A DNA stretch of 64,000 bases from Planctomycetota bacterium (GTDB taxonomy: Bacteria; Planctomycetota; GCA-002687715; CAIWVZ01): contig JBGANV010000001.1 of assembly GCA_044222185.1 (NCBI GenBank), forward strand, positions 992,001-1,056,000. Direction: 5' to 3'. Numbering within the stretch: position 1 is the first letter of the stretch; every line of letters starts with the position of its first letter. The position numbers were made by a program, and so were the translations under genes. Positions 19,271 through 29,215 of the stretch are shown piece after piece. A model generated the notes under the pieces. That model saw only the letters and a program-made list of their open reading frames with translations, was not told the DNA's origin and ran no database searches.

Positions 19271-21048
19271 ACGGAACCCATCGCGCGCAACTCCTGCTCG
19301 TCGTGACCGTGTGCCTTTGGCTCTCCGCATGCGGTGACTCCTCTCCTCCGACCCACGCTCCGGCGACGACGGGAGGCTACGCCACGACGCGCGCGACGGT
19401 CCCCGACGACCCGCCGCCCGACTTGAAGTACGTGGACGTCACGAAGGCAGCCGGCATCGACTTCCATCACACGAACGGTGCGCGTGGCAAGAAGCTGCTT
19501 CCCGAAACCATGGGCTCGGGGTGCGTCTTCTTCGACTACGACGGTGACGCGCGCATGGACCTCCTGCTGCTGAACGGCGACCGCTGGCCGGACGACCCGG
19601 ACCAGGGACCGCGCCCGTCGAGCCGGCTTTATCGCAACGACGGCGGGCTGCACTTCACCGACGTCACGGGGGCCACGGGCCTCGCCGTCCCGTTCTACGC
19701 CATGGGCGCCACGGCGGCCGACGCCGACGGCGACGGGGATCCCGACCTCTTCATCTGCGGGGTCGGCGGTTATCGATACTTCCGCAACGACGGCGGACGA
19801 TTCACCGACATCACGGCCGATTCCGGCCTGGATGCAGGGACCTGGAAGGACGCAAAGGGGCACGAGCACGGCGCCTTCGCCACGTCGGCGGCATTCTTCG
19901 ACTACGACGGCGATCGACGGCCCGACCTGTTCGTCTGTCACTACGTCCGTTGGTCCGCCGAGACCGACATCTGGTCGAGCATGGATGGAAAGACGAAGTC
20001 CTACGCCCTTCCGGCGCAGTACTCGGGCGAATCGTGCCGCCTTTGGCGCAACCTCGGAGCCGGGAAGTTCGAAGACGCGACGGACAAGGCCGGCGTTCGC
20101 AACGACGAAGGCAAGAGCCTCGGTGTCTGCATCGTGGACATCGACGACGACGGCTGGATGGACGTCGTCGTCTCGAACGACACGCAGCCAAACTACCTCT
20201 ATCGCAACGACGGCCACGGCCGGTTCACGGACATCGGGCTGCGTGCCAACATCGCCTACGGCCCCGATGCGCGGGCCCGAGCGGGCATGGGAATCGACAG
20301 CACGTGCGTCGGCGATGACGGCCGGCTCGCGCTCGCCATCGGGAACTTCTCCGGTGAGCCCGTCTCCGTCTTCGAACAGCTCCCTGGGGAGTCCGACGTG
20401 TTCATCAACAAGTCGGATCAGTACCGGGTCGCGGTCGTCACTCACCAGCCGCTCACCTTCGGCCTGGTCTTTCTCGACGCAGATCTGGACGGCCGCGACG
20501 ACCTGATGCTCGCCAACGGTCACATCGAGCCCACGATCCAGCAGATCCACCAGGAATTCACGTACGCGCAGTCGATGCAGCTCTTGCGGAACGTCGGCGG
20601 GCGCTGGTTCCAGGAGATCACGAAGGACGTAGGCGCGGATTTCTGCGTGCCCCGCGTGGGGCGCGGGCTCGCCGTCGCCGACCTGGACGGCGATGGGGAC
20701 CTGGACGTCTGCGTCACCTCGAACGGCGGCGACGTCGCCTTGCTGCGATGCGACATGCCGGCCGATCACGGTTTTCGCGTGAAGCTGCGCGGTGCGACGC
20801 CAGCGACCGATGCCCTGGGGGCCAGAGTGACGGTCGACCTCGGATCGCGCAGGATCTCGCGTCTCGTGCGCTGCGGCGGCAGTTACCTGTCGCAGAGCGA
20901 ACTCGCGCAGACGTTCGGCCTGGGCAAGGATGGCACGCCGAGGCGGGTGCTCGTGCGTTGGCCGGGCGGCAAGGAAGTCGAGTACCCTGGGCCGTTCCAG
21001 CGCGGCCGGACGATCACGATCGACGAGGCGGCGGGCGTCGCGCGCTGA
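19267..21048 (+). CDS. CRTAC1/ASPIC-UnbV family FG-GAP lipoprotein
   Basis: Lipobox LSAC, PETMGSG, repeated DxDGDGxxD motifs, and the UnbV-like GGSYLSQSE...FGLG...VRWPGG. ATGA overlap with the cytochrome gene. Confidence 0.88.
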   Translation: MNGTHRAQLLLVVTVCLWLSACGDSSPPTHAPATTGGYATTRATVPDDPPPDLKYVDVTKAAGIDFHHTNGARGKKLLPETMGSGCVFFDYDGDARMDLLLLNGDRWPDDPDQGPRPSSRLYRNDGGLHFTDVTGATGLAVPFYAMGATAADADGDGDPDLFICGVGGYRYFRNDGGRFTDITADSGLDAGTWKDAKGHEHGAFATSAAFFDYDGDRRPDLFVCHYVRWSAETDIWSSMDGKTKSYALPAQYSGESCRLWRNLGAGKFEDATDKAGVRNDEGKSLGVCIVDIDDDGWMDVVVSNDTQPNYLYRNDGHGRFTDIGLRANIAYGPDARARAGMGIDSTCVGDDGRLALAIGNFSGEPVSVFEQLPGESDVFINKSDQYRVAVVTHQPLTFGLVFLDADLDGRDDLMLANGHIEPTIQQIHQEFTYAQSMQLLRNVGGRWFQEITKDVGADFCVPRVGRGLAVADLDGDGDLDVCVTSNGGDVALLRCDMPADHGFRVKLRGATPATDALGARVTVDLGSRRISRLVRCGGSYLSQSELAQTFGLGKDGTPRRVLVRWPGGKEVEYPGPFQRGRTITIDEAAGVAR

Positions 21049-21054
21049 CGCCCG

Positions 21055-22323
21055 TCACTCGTGCCTGAGCGCCTCGATCGGATCGAGGAACGATGCGCGG
21101 ATCGCCGGATAGATCCCGAAGAGGACTCCGACGCCCGCCGAGATGCCGAACGACAGGACGAGGCTCGCCGGCTGGACGAGAGTTCGCATGTCGCTGTAGG
21201 CCGTGACCACCTTGGGGACCAGGAGCCCCAGTCCGACGCCCAGCGCTCCGCCGAGTGTCGAGAGCACGAGCGATTCGGCGAGGAACTGAAGGGTGATGTC
21301 GCGGCGGCGCGCACCGAGTGCGCGACGGATGCCGATCTCGCGGGTCCGCTCGGTCACGGTCGCGAGCATGATGTTCATGATCCCGATGCCACCGACCACC
21401 AGGCTGATGCCCGCGATGGACCCGAGCACGATGCTGAAGATCCGGCTGGTCTTGCGCGCCTGAACGAGAAGCTCGAGCGGGGCGCGAATGTCGTAGTCGT
21501 CCTTCTTGTGGGTCCGGCGGAGCATGGCGCGGATGGCTTCGGTCGTCGGAAGCACGTCTTCAGGGCGTCGCACACGCACGATGAACTCGTGGACTTCGAC
21601 CTCCTCGATCTCCGTCGACCCGGACGAACGCTTCACGTTTCGCTCGCCCCACCGTTCCCGAACCGTCGTGAGCGGAATGAAGATCGCGTCGTCGGCGACC
21701 CGGGCATTCGCGCCTCCGAGCTTGGAGACGTCGGGGCCCTGGCCGAGCACGCCGACGACTTGGAACAGCTTCTGGCCGATGCGCACCGTCTGTCCGATGG
21801 GATCGCGGAATTCGAAGAGCTTCCGCGCGAGCGCCTGCCCCAGCACGCCGAGCGGCTGCTGGTTGATCATGTCCACCTCGGTGAGCCACCGCCCACGCGC
21901 GAGGGTCTGACGACTCGCGTCCAGATACCAGGGAACTGTCGCGAGCGCGTACGTGTCCGACCGCTTCTCCCCGAAGTAGACGGCCTGGGCGACTTCCCGG
22001 ACGGGGACGATCACGTCCACGTTCTCGAGCGTCTCGCGGATGCGCTTCGCGTCGTCGTAGCGCAGGCCGTAGATCACCATGCGCGAGCGCGTCGAGCCCG
22101 CACCCTGTTCTTCCGGCGGTTTGCGGCTGAAGAGACGGATCGTGGTGCTCCCCAGCGCCTGGATCTGGGTCTGGGCCTCGCTCGCGGCGCCTTCGCCGAT
22201 CGCAAGCATGGCGATGACGGACGCCACGCCGAGCACGATCCCGAGCATGGCGAGCCCCGAGCGCAGAGGGTGGAGGAGGAGGCTCAACAGGCCCAGCCGG
22301 ACGATGCGGAAGAACTTCGTCAC
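21055..22323 (-). CDS. MacB-family ABC transporter permease
   Basis: RSGLAMLGIVLGVASV, VGGIGIMNIMLATVTERTREIGIRRALGA, DPIEALRHE. Confidence 0.93.
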   Translation of the reverse strand: MTKFFRIVRLGLLSLLLHPLRSGLAMLGIVLGVASVIAMLAIGEGAASEAQTQIQALGSTTIRLFSRKPPEEQGAGSTRSRMVIYGLRYDDAKRIRETLENVDVIVPVREVAQAVYFGEKRSDTYALATVPWYLDASRQTLARGRWLTEVDMINQQPLGVLGQALARKLFEFRDPIGQTVRIGQKLFQVVGVLGQGPDVSKLGGANARVADDAIFIPLTTVRERWGERNVKRSSGSTEIEEVEVHEFIVRVRRPEDVLPTTEAIRAMLRRTHKKDDYDIRAPLELLVQARKTSRIFSIVLGSIAGISLVVGGIGIMNIMLATVTERTREIGIRRALGARRRDITLQFLAESLVLSTLGGALGVGLGLLVPKVVTAYSDMRTLVQPASLVLSFGISAGVGVLFGIYPAIRASFLDPIEALRHE

Positions 22324-23015
22324 GCGGCGACCTCCTTGTCCGCGATCACGCGGCCGTCGCGGACCAGGATGGTGCGGCGCGCGTTCGCGGCGATGTCGTC
22401 CTCGTGAGTCACCATGATGATCGTCTTGCCCGAGGCGTTGAGGTCCTTGAGCATCCCCATGATCTCGTTTCCGGTGACCGAGTCGAGGTTACCCGTCGGC
22501 TCGTCCGCGAGGATGATGTAGGGGTCGTTGGCAAGCGAGCGGGCGATCGCCACGCGCTGCTGCTGTCCGCCTGACAGCTGTGTCGGGCGGTGGGTCATGC
22601 GATGTCCGAGTCCCACCTTCTCGGCGAGTGCGCGGCTGCGCTGCCGCGCGAGTCGGGGCGCGGTGCCCGCGTAGAACATGGGGACCTCGATGTTCTCGAG
22701 CACGGAGAGTGACGGGACCAGGTTGAACGACTGGAAGATGAACCCGATCCGCTGATTCCGGATCCGGGAGATTTCCGAGTCGGACATCTTCGAGACGTCG
22801 ATGTCGCCCAGGAAGTAGGCGCCGCTCGAGGGACGGTCGAGGCAACCCAGGAGGTTCAGGAGCGTCGACTTGCCAGAACCCGACGGCCCCATGATCGCGA
22901 CGAACTCGCCTTCGCGGATCAAGAGGTCGACGCCGGCGAGCGCATGGACGACCTCATCGCCCATGCGGTACTCCTTGCGAACGCCGACGAGGTTGACGAC
23001 CGGACGTGCGGACAT
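22320..23015 (-). CDS. MacB/LolD-type ABC ATP-binding protein
   Basis: GPSGSGKST, LSGGQQQRVAIAR, ADEPTGNLD, VTH. Confidence 0.95.
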   Translation of the reverse strand: MSARPVVNLVGVRKEYRMGDEVVHALAGVDLLIREGEFVAIMGPSGSGKSTLLNLLGCLDRPSSGAYFLGDIDVSKMSDSEISRIRNQRIGFIFQSFNLVPSLSVLENIEVPMFYAGTAPRLARQRSRALAEKVGLGHRMTHRPTQLSGGQQQRVAIARSLANDPYIILADEPTGNLDSVTGNEIMGMLKDLNASGKTIIMVTHEDDIAANARRTILVRDGRVIADKEVAA

Positions 23016-24784
23016 CAGGGGTCCTTGGGCTTGCGCGGTTCGCCAGGTGTGACGGGCACCGACGAATCCGTGGTGCCGGGCGGGCCCGACGGCGGTCCGC
23101 CGCGGTTGGCGCCCGGCGCGCCGCCCGAGCCACGTCCCCCACCCATGCCCTGGCCCCGCCGACGGCCGCCGCCCGGAGCCCCGGGACCGTTCGACGGGTT
23201 CCCGCCACCGTTCGGGCCCGGGCCTGGTCCCGCGCCGTTCCCGGACATGTCCGCGGGCGGGCTCATGCCGGCGGCTTCTGCGGGGGGCTGCTGCGTCGGA
23301 AACGCGGCAGTGTCGGCCTGCGGCAGCTCTGGCGCGCCCGCGGGGGCCGCGAGGAAGACTCGCTCGTTCTCCTTCAGCCCGGAGCTCACGATCACCATGC
23401 GGTCGTTGTTGAATCCGACGTCGATCGGCACCAGATCCGCCTTCGGTCCGCGGTCGACGTACACGTACGCCTTGCCGCCGCTTTGTTGGACTGCCTGCAT
23501 GGGAATCTGCAAGGCGTCGACGATCTCCGCGACGAGGATGTCGACCTGGGCGTTCATGCCCGGCTTCATGTCCTCGACCTCCTCGTTGATGCTGACCTCG
23601 GCCGGGTAGACCTTCAGGTCAGGGTTCATCCACGAGTTCGAGGTCGACGGCACCGACGAGACCGACTCGACGCGCCCCGTGAACACGCGGCCCGGAATCG
23701 CATCGAGCTTGATGCTGGCGTTCTGTCCGGGCTTCACCTTCTTCACGAGGGATTCGTGGACGTCGACCTGGACGATCATCCGTTTCGCGTCGGGGATCTG
23801 CATGATCTCCTCACGCTCGTGAAGCTGCTTGCCCTCCGAGATCGGCTCGCTCGTCATCATGCGACCTCGGTCCTGGCGCGCGTAAACCACGAGCCCGGAC
23901 GTGGGCGCCTCGATGACGCTCTTCTCGAGCTGCGACTTGATCCGGTTCAAGCGTTCCGTCGCGAGCGCCAGCGTCTTCTCCTTCACGTGGACGTCCGATT
24001 CGGTCTTGGCAGCCTCCGCGTCACAACGGCGCTTGACGCGTGAGAGCTCCTTCGCAGCCTCGTCCCGTTCCGCTTCGAGCTTCTTCGACTGCTTGGGGTA
24101 CTCGAAGTCCTCGAGCACCTTCAGCGCGTTCTTCGCGAGTTCGACTTCGATCTGCCCTTTCTTCGCCGCCAGTTCGTCCGCTTCCAGCTCCGTGCGCGTG
24201 ATGAACTTCTTGTCCTCGAGGCGGCGGCTCCAGGTCACGCGGTCTGCCGCGCGCTTCAGCTCCTCCTCCGCGATCGTGAGCTCCGCTTCGAGCTTCTTCT
24301 TCTCCTGCGGATAGTCGCCGTTGATGTACTTCTCGTAGTCGACCTTGGCGAAGTCCATCTTCAGCTCGGCTTCGCGGATGTCGGATTCGTTCTGCGAGAG
24401 CTGGATCGCGTGCTTCTCGCGCGCTTGTCGGAGGCTCGCGTCCTCGTTCTCGACGCTCGTCTGTTCCTTGTTGATCTGGTCGCGCACGTCGGCCGAGTCG
24501 AGCTTGCAGACGACCTGGCCCTTCTCGACGACGGAACCCTCCTTCACGAGCCAGAGGATCGTCGCCTTTCCCTCCATCTCGTTCACCACGCGCACGGGCT
24601 TGGCCGAGGCGAGCGACCCGCCCTCAGCAACCGAGATGCGCATGGGACCGCGCGTCACGGCAGCCGTCGCCGGTTTCGTGGATTCCTCGGAGACGGACTT
24701 CCCGCAACCGCCGATGGTCAGGGCAACGAGAGCTGCGAGGGCCAGCATCTCAAGGCGCTTGAAGGAGCGCATCGCTCGTTTCAT
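23015..24784 (-). CDS. Efflux periplasmic adaptor (MacA/HlyD-like) with a long coiled coil and Gly/Pro-rich tail
   Basis: Lipoyl-like EGSVVEKGQVV...IEAPTSG, a long heptad region, and MKPGMNAQV. Confidence 0.88.
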   Translation of the reverse strand: MKRAMRSFKRLEMLALAALVALTIGGCGKSVSEESTKPATAAVTRGPMRISVAEGGSLASAKPVRVVNEMEGKATILWLVKEGSVVEKGQVVCKLDSADVRDQINKEQTSVENEDASLRQAREKHAIQLSQNESDIREAELKMDFAKVDYEKYINGDYPQEKKKLEAELTIAEEELKRAADRVTWSRRLEDKKFITRTELEADELAAKKGQIEVELAKNALKVLEDFEYPKQSKKLEAERDEAAKELSRVKRRCDAEAAKTESDVHVKEKTLALATERLNRIKSQLEKSVIEAPTSGLVVYARQDRGRMMTSEPISEGKQLHEREEIMQIPDAKRMIVQVDVHESLVKKVKPGQNASIKLDAIPGRVFTGRVESVSSVPSTSNSWMNPDLKVYPAEVSINEEVEDMKPGMNAQVDILVAEIVDALQIPMQAVQQSGGKAYVYVDRGPKADLVPIDVGFNNDRMVIVSSGLKENERVFLAAPAGAPELPQADTAAFPTQQPPAEAAGMSPPADMSGNGAGPGPGPNGGGNPSNGPGAPGGGRRRGQGMGGGRGSGGAPGANRGGPPSGPPGTTDSSVPVTPGEPRKPKDP

Positions 24785-26402
24785 GGTCGAGTCCTCGTGG
24801 GTTCACCACCAGAGCACCAGTGTCACGGTAGAAGTTCAGATATGCAACTCGATAGTCGACGAGCGCCTCGACGAGGTCGTTCTCGGCGTTGACGAGCGAC
24901 TCCTGAGCTTCCAACAGGTCACGCGTCGTCGCGTCACCTCGCAGTTTGAATTCGTTCACGGATTCCACGCGGCGTTTCGCGACCGCCACGGCGCGCTCCT
25001 GGATGCGATAGGACTCCGTCGCCTGGGAGACCGTGCGCATCGCATCCCGGATCTGGCTCTTCACTCGGTCGGCGATCGACTCTTCGGCCCGAACCGCCTC
25101 CTCGAGGTCGAGGTGGGCCTGTCGCAGCGAGATGCTCTCGACGTCGCGGTCGAATCCCAGATCCGTGGAGACGCTCCCCGAGTACCGCCCGTTCTCGAAG
25201 CGGACCTTGAACGGCTTGAGGTTCTCCGAGTCGGGACGCGCCGACACGCTGAGATCCAGGCTCGGCAGGAGTGCGTTCTCGGCCACCAGAATCCGGCGGC
25301 GCGCGTCCGCGATCTGATCGTGCACGTTCTGAAGGTCCAGACGCAGCCGCACGGCATTGCGCATGGCGTCCCGCTCGTGCGCCACGAACGGCCTGTCGAG
25401 TTCCTTCACGAGGCGGTCCAGTTCCTCCTCCCCCAACGTGACCGGAAGGTCGACGGGAATCCCCAGGAGGATCTTGAACTCGTCCAGCTGCCCGCCGAAC
25501 GAGTTGTTCTGGGTGACGACCCGGTTGCGAGCACGAAGCTCGTCCTGGCGGGCCTGGTCCACTTCGATTTCCGTCAGTCGCTGGGCTTCGGCAAAAGCCT
25601 CGTTCCGCCGCCGGGCTTCGGTGATGCTCGCAAGGTTGCGTTCCTCGTTCTTCACGCGGCGGCCGGACGCCAGGAGTCGGTAGTAGCGGGCCTCGACGTC
25701 GACTGAGAACGTCTGCTTGAATCGTTCCAGATCACGGAGGGCGTAGATCACGTCCCGATCGGCCTGACGAAGGTTCTCCATCGCCACGTCCTCTCCCGCG
25801 CCCCGCAGGAAAGGAAGCGTCACGACGAGGTTCAGGAACGATGCGGCATTCTGCGCCGTCGGGCTGGTGATGAATCGGAGGAAGTCACCGCCGGCACTCA
25901 AGACGACCTGGCCGCCACGCTCGAGCACTTTCGTGACGCCGATCTCGCCCTGCGCGCCCAGGGTCGGGTTCGCATCGCTGCTGGCTGCGGTGCCGGAGAG
26001 GTCGAAGAACGGATTCGGGCGGAACCGCTCACGCTCCCGCATCAGCGAGAGGGCCGACTGGTAGAGGCGTTCCTTCTCCGTCTGGAACTCGCGTGAGTTC
26101 GTCGCGGCCAGGTCGAGGGCCTCGGCCAGGCCGATGTGCAGCGGAGTCGGGCGCGTGGCCAGCCCCGTTTCCGGGGCGACGGTCTCATCGCGGATGCGTC
26201 CCTGGGGCGTGCGCACGTCGAAGGGGCGAGTTTCGGCGAACTCCCTGACCTGCGCGTCGCGCACGATCGAGTCGGCCTCGGCGTCCACTTCGGCCAGTGC
26301 CTGCTCGGGAGAAAGGCAGCTGGACGTCGACAGCGCGAACGACAGACCAACGAGGAGCCACCAAGCTCCTGTACGACGACCCGACGGCGTTCGACCCTGC
26401 AC
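24750..26402 (-). CDS. TolC-family outer membrane efflux lipoprotein
   Basis: Lipobox-like STSSC and OEP-type repeats (LLPSLDL, DLLEAQESL). GTG start after GGAGG is inferred. Confidence 0.82.
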   Translation of the reverse strand: MQGRTPSGRRTGAWWLLVGLSFALSTSSCLSPEQALAEVDAEADSIVRDAQVREFAETRPFDVRTPQGRIRDETVAPETGLATRPTPLHIGLAEALDLAATNSREFQTEKERLYQSALSLMRERERFRPNPFFDLSGTAASSDANPTLGAQGEIGVTKVLERGGQVVLSAGGDFLRFITSPTAQNAASFLNLVVTLPFLRGAGEDVAMENLRQADRDVIYALRDLERFKQTFSVDVEARYYRLLASGRRVKNEERNLASITEARRRNEAFAEAQRLTEIEVDQARQDELRARNRVVTQNNSFGGQLDEFKILLGIPVDLPVTLGEEELDRLVKELDRPFVAHERDAMRNAVRLRLDLQNVHDQIADARRRILVAENALLPSLDLSVSARPDSENLKPFKVRFENGRYSGSVSTDLGFDRDVESISLRQAHLDLEEAVRAEESIADRVKSQIRDAMRTVSQATESYRIQERAVAVAKRRVESVNEFKLRGDATTRDLLEAQESLVNAENDLVEALVDYRVAYLNFYRDTGALVVNPRGLDHETSDALLQAP

Positions 26403-26562
26403 GGCACCTCCCGAACGGAACGGACACGCGACGACGAACTTGAACGGAAGGCTGCGAAGATACCTCCGCAGCGATTCCGGGGCCACCTTCACACCCACGG
26501 ACTCTCACGGTTCGGAACCCGCGAACTTTCGAGGGAATTCCCAAACGCACGACGCGGGATCC

Positions 26563-29205
26563 CTACTGCTGGAGGTCGTCGACGAGTTGCCGCAGTGCGT
26601 CCTGGACCGCTGGAGTGACTTTCATTCCGCCCGGCTGGGAAGCGAGTCGGAGCCCACGTTCGCCGGCCGCGCGCGCCTCCTCCCTTCGTCCGAGCTGCCT
26701 CAGGGCGAGTCCGTCATCGAGCCAGCTCGCCGGATCCGTGGGCGCCACCACGAGCCATCGTTCGGCTTCCGCGAGTACCTCCGCATCCCTTTTCGCGCGC
26801 TGGAGAATGCTCGAAAGCCGCAGGTGCGCGACCCGGTCCTTCCCGTCCACGGCGACGGCCTGCCGAAACGCGTCGATCGCTTCCTCGCTCCGATCGGTCT
26901 TGTCGAGGACGATCCCGAGGGTGACGAGGGCTCCGGGGATCCGCGGGTTCATCCTGACCGCGGTCCTGACGATGGGTTCGGCTTGCGCGTGCCGCTTCAT
27001 CTGGACGAGCATGTTCGCGAGCGTGGCGAACGTGCCCGCGTCGGTCGTTTGCAGCGCGATGGCACGCTGCATCGCATCCACCGCGCCGTCCGGGTCGCCC
27101 GAGACGAACAGGCAAAGCCCCAGGTGGTGCCATGCCGCGTCGAGGTCCGGGGCGAGTGCGAGTGCCGAGCGCGACGCCGCCATCGCGTCCGCCACCCGTC
27201 CAGCCGTGAACTCGAGCGCCGCGAGGTTCGACCAGGCCCGTGCGCGCTGCAGCGGAAGGTTCTCCGGAGGTGGCACCCCGCTGGCCTCGACCTCACGGGG
27301 CTCCGACCGGCGAAGGAACTCCCGGTACTCGGCCGCTGCGGCCTGCGGGTCCGCGGCCTCCAGCGCGAACGCCGTCAGGAACCGGTTGCGCAACGATCGT
27401 TCGGACCGCGCCCGAAGGACGTCGGCGGCCCGCCTTCCCGAGGCGGCATCGGCGGCAAGCCCGGCAGCGCGTGCCCACTCGGAGACGAAGAACTCCCGTG
27501 AGCGCGGTGACGCGGCCACGGCCGTCTCGATCCAACGGAGCCCCTCGGACGACTGGGCGCGTCCGTCGCCTCGTTTCGCCGAGGTCATGAGTTCGAGCCC
27601 ATGGACGAACATGTCGAGGGGATCGGTGGGAGCGGCGTCCGCCCGCGAATCGGTCGGCGTGCTCTCGGAACGGGCGCCCCGGCGGATCAGCCGCCGGCAG
27701 GCGGGGTGGTCGGAGCCGGGTGCCTCCGTGCGGAGGAACGTCACGGCATCGTCGCGCCTGTCGCCGATGTTCAGGCTCATCGCCACGCCCACGCGCGCTT
27801 CCACGCACGCGGGGTCCATTGCCAGGACCCGCCGAAACGTCGATTCGGCACGGCCACTCGCTCCCTGGCTCATGTCCCAGAACCCGTCGGCCAGGAGCGT
27901 TTCGATGTCGGCACCGCGTCGCTGCGCCTCGGCCTCCCGGAGCTTCGGGAGCTGGCCGATCGCCCATCCCACGACGGCCGCGAGAAGGACCAGCGTCGCG
28001 AGCAGCGCCGCGCGGACGGGCTCGCGCCGAATCCAGCGCGAGACCCGCTGGAGTCGCGTGACGGGGCGGGCACGGATCGGGCGCCGATGAAGCCACGCCT
28101 GGAGGTCGTCGGCAAGCGCCGCCGCCGTCCGGTAACGGCGCTCCGGCTCCTTGGCGAGCGCGGTCAAGGCGACGATCTCCAGGTCGCGCTCGACCGCCGG
28201 GTTCGATCGACGCAACGACGGCGGAGGATCCGACGTCACCATGCGGCACAACTGATCATGCGTCGGCGCCTCGAACGGGCGTTGTCCCGACAGGGATTCG
28301 AACATCGTGACGCCGAGCGAATACACATCCGACGCCGCGCCCGCCTCACCGCCCGCGATCTGTTCCGGTGACATGTATGCCGGAGTGCCGAAGAACTCTC
28401 CAGTGCGGGTCAACAACGACGCCTCGCCGTCGATGTCTCGGGCGACGCCGAAATCCAGAAGCACGGGCTCGCCATTCGCCATCACCATGATGTTCGCGGG
28501 CTTGATGTCGCGATGCACGACTCCCGCATCGTGTGCAACCTGGAGTGCGCGTGCCACCTTCTCGATGAGAGCGACGCGCGCGCGAATCTCGGCCGCGGCC
28601 GGGACGGTCCGCCGAGTCGTGGGAGTCGGCGTAGTCGGTGCGGAGCTCAGGGTGGCAGGCGTGGCGCCCTCGGACTGGCTCGCGGCGGCCGTCGCGCCCT
28701 CACCCGCATGGATGCGGCGTGAAAGCGTTTCACCCTCCACGTAGCGCATGGCGATGTACGGTTGACCGGAGTCCTCGCCCGCGTCGTAGACCGTGCAGAG
28801 CCCCGGGTGGTCCAGCCGAGAGGCGACCGCGGCCTCGCGGCGGAACCGAGCGAGGGCCGTCCCGGAGCGAAGGCGACCCATCGATACGACCTTCACGGCT
28901 ACGACACGATCGAGGCGCGTGTCGCGTGCGAGGTAGACGACTCCCTGCCCGCCGACGCCGAGTTCGCGAATGACCTGGTAGGGCCCGATTCGATCCGGCG
29001 TGTCGAATTGCGAAGTGCCCCTCGCAGGTGGATCCGCCTCGCGCATCCCCGCGACGGCTGCGAATTCACGGGAGATGCCCTCGGGGTCACCGGGGTACAG
29101 GGCAAGGTACTCATGCAGCTCGCGGGACACGCCCGCGTCGCGGTCTCGCCAGAACTGTTCGAGAAACCTCTCGAGCGGGGTGCCTTCCTGAGGAGACGGA
29201 CTCAT
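26563..29205 (-). CDS. Hanks-type Ser/Thr protein kinase with TM segment and TPR repeats
   Basis: LGVGGQGVVY, VAVK, HRDIKPAN, DFG, GTPAYMSPE, DVYSLG, and a TPR-rich C-terminus. Confidence 0.92.
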   Translation of the reverse strand: MSPSPQEGTPLERFLEQFWRDRDAGVSRELHEYLALYPGDPEGISREFAAVAGMREADPPARGTSQFDTPDRIGPYQVIRELGVGGQGVVYLARDTRLDRVVAVKVVSMGRLRSGTALARFRREAAVASRLDHPGLCTVYDAGEDSGQPYIAMRYVEGETLSRRIHAGEGATAAASQSEGATPATLSSAPTTPTPTTRRTVPAAAEIRARVALIEKVARALQVAHDAGVVHRDIKPANIMVMANGEPVLLDFGVARDIDGEASLLTRTGEFFGTPAYMSPEQIAGGEAGAASDVYSLGVTMFESLSGQRPFEAPTHDQLCRMVTSDPPPSLRRSNPAVERDLEIVALTALAKEPERRYRTAAALADDLQAWLHRRPIRARPVTRLQRVSRWIRREPVRAALLATLVLLAAVVGWAIGQLPKLREAEAQRRGADIETLLADGFWDMSQGASGRAESTFRRVLAMDPACVEARVGVAMSLNIGDRRDDAVTFLRTEAPGSDHPACRRLIRRGARSESTPTDSRADAAPTDPLDMFVHGLELMTSAKRGDGRAQSSEGLRWIETAVAASPRSREFFVSEWARAAGLAADAASGRRAADVLRARSERSLRNRFLTAFALEAADPQAAAAEYREFLRRSEPREVEASGVPPPENLPLQRARAWSNLAALEFTAGRVADAMAASRSALALAPDLDAAWHHLGLCLFVSGDPDGAVDAMQRAIALQTTDAGTFATLANMLVQMKRHAQAEPIVRTAVRMNPRIPGALVTLGIVLDKTDRSEEAIDAFRQAVAVDGKDRVAHLRLSSILQRAKRDAEVLAEAERWLVVAPTDPASWLDDGLALRQLGRREEARAAGERGLRLASQPGGMKVTPAVQDALRQLVDDLQQ

Positions 29206-29215
29206 TCGATCGAGA

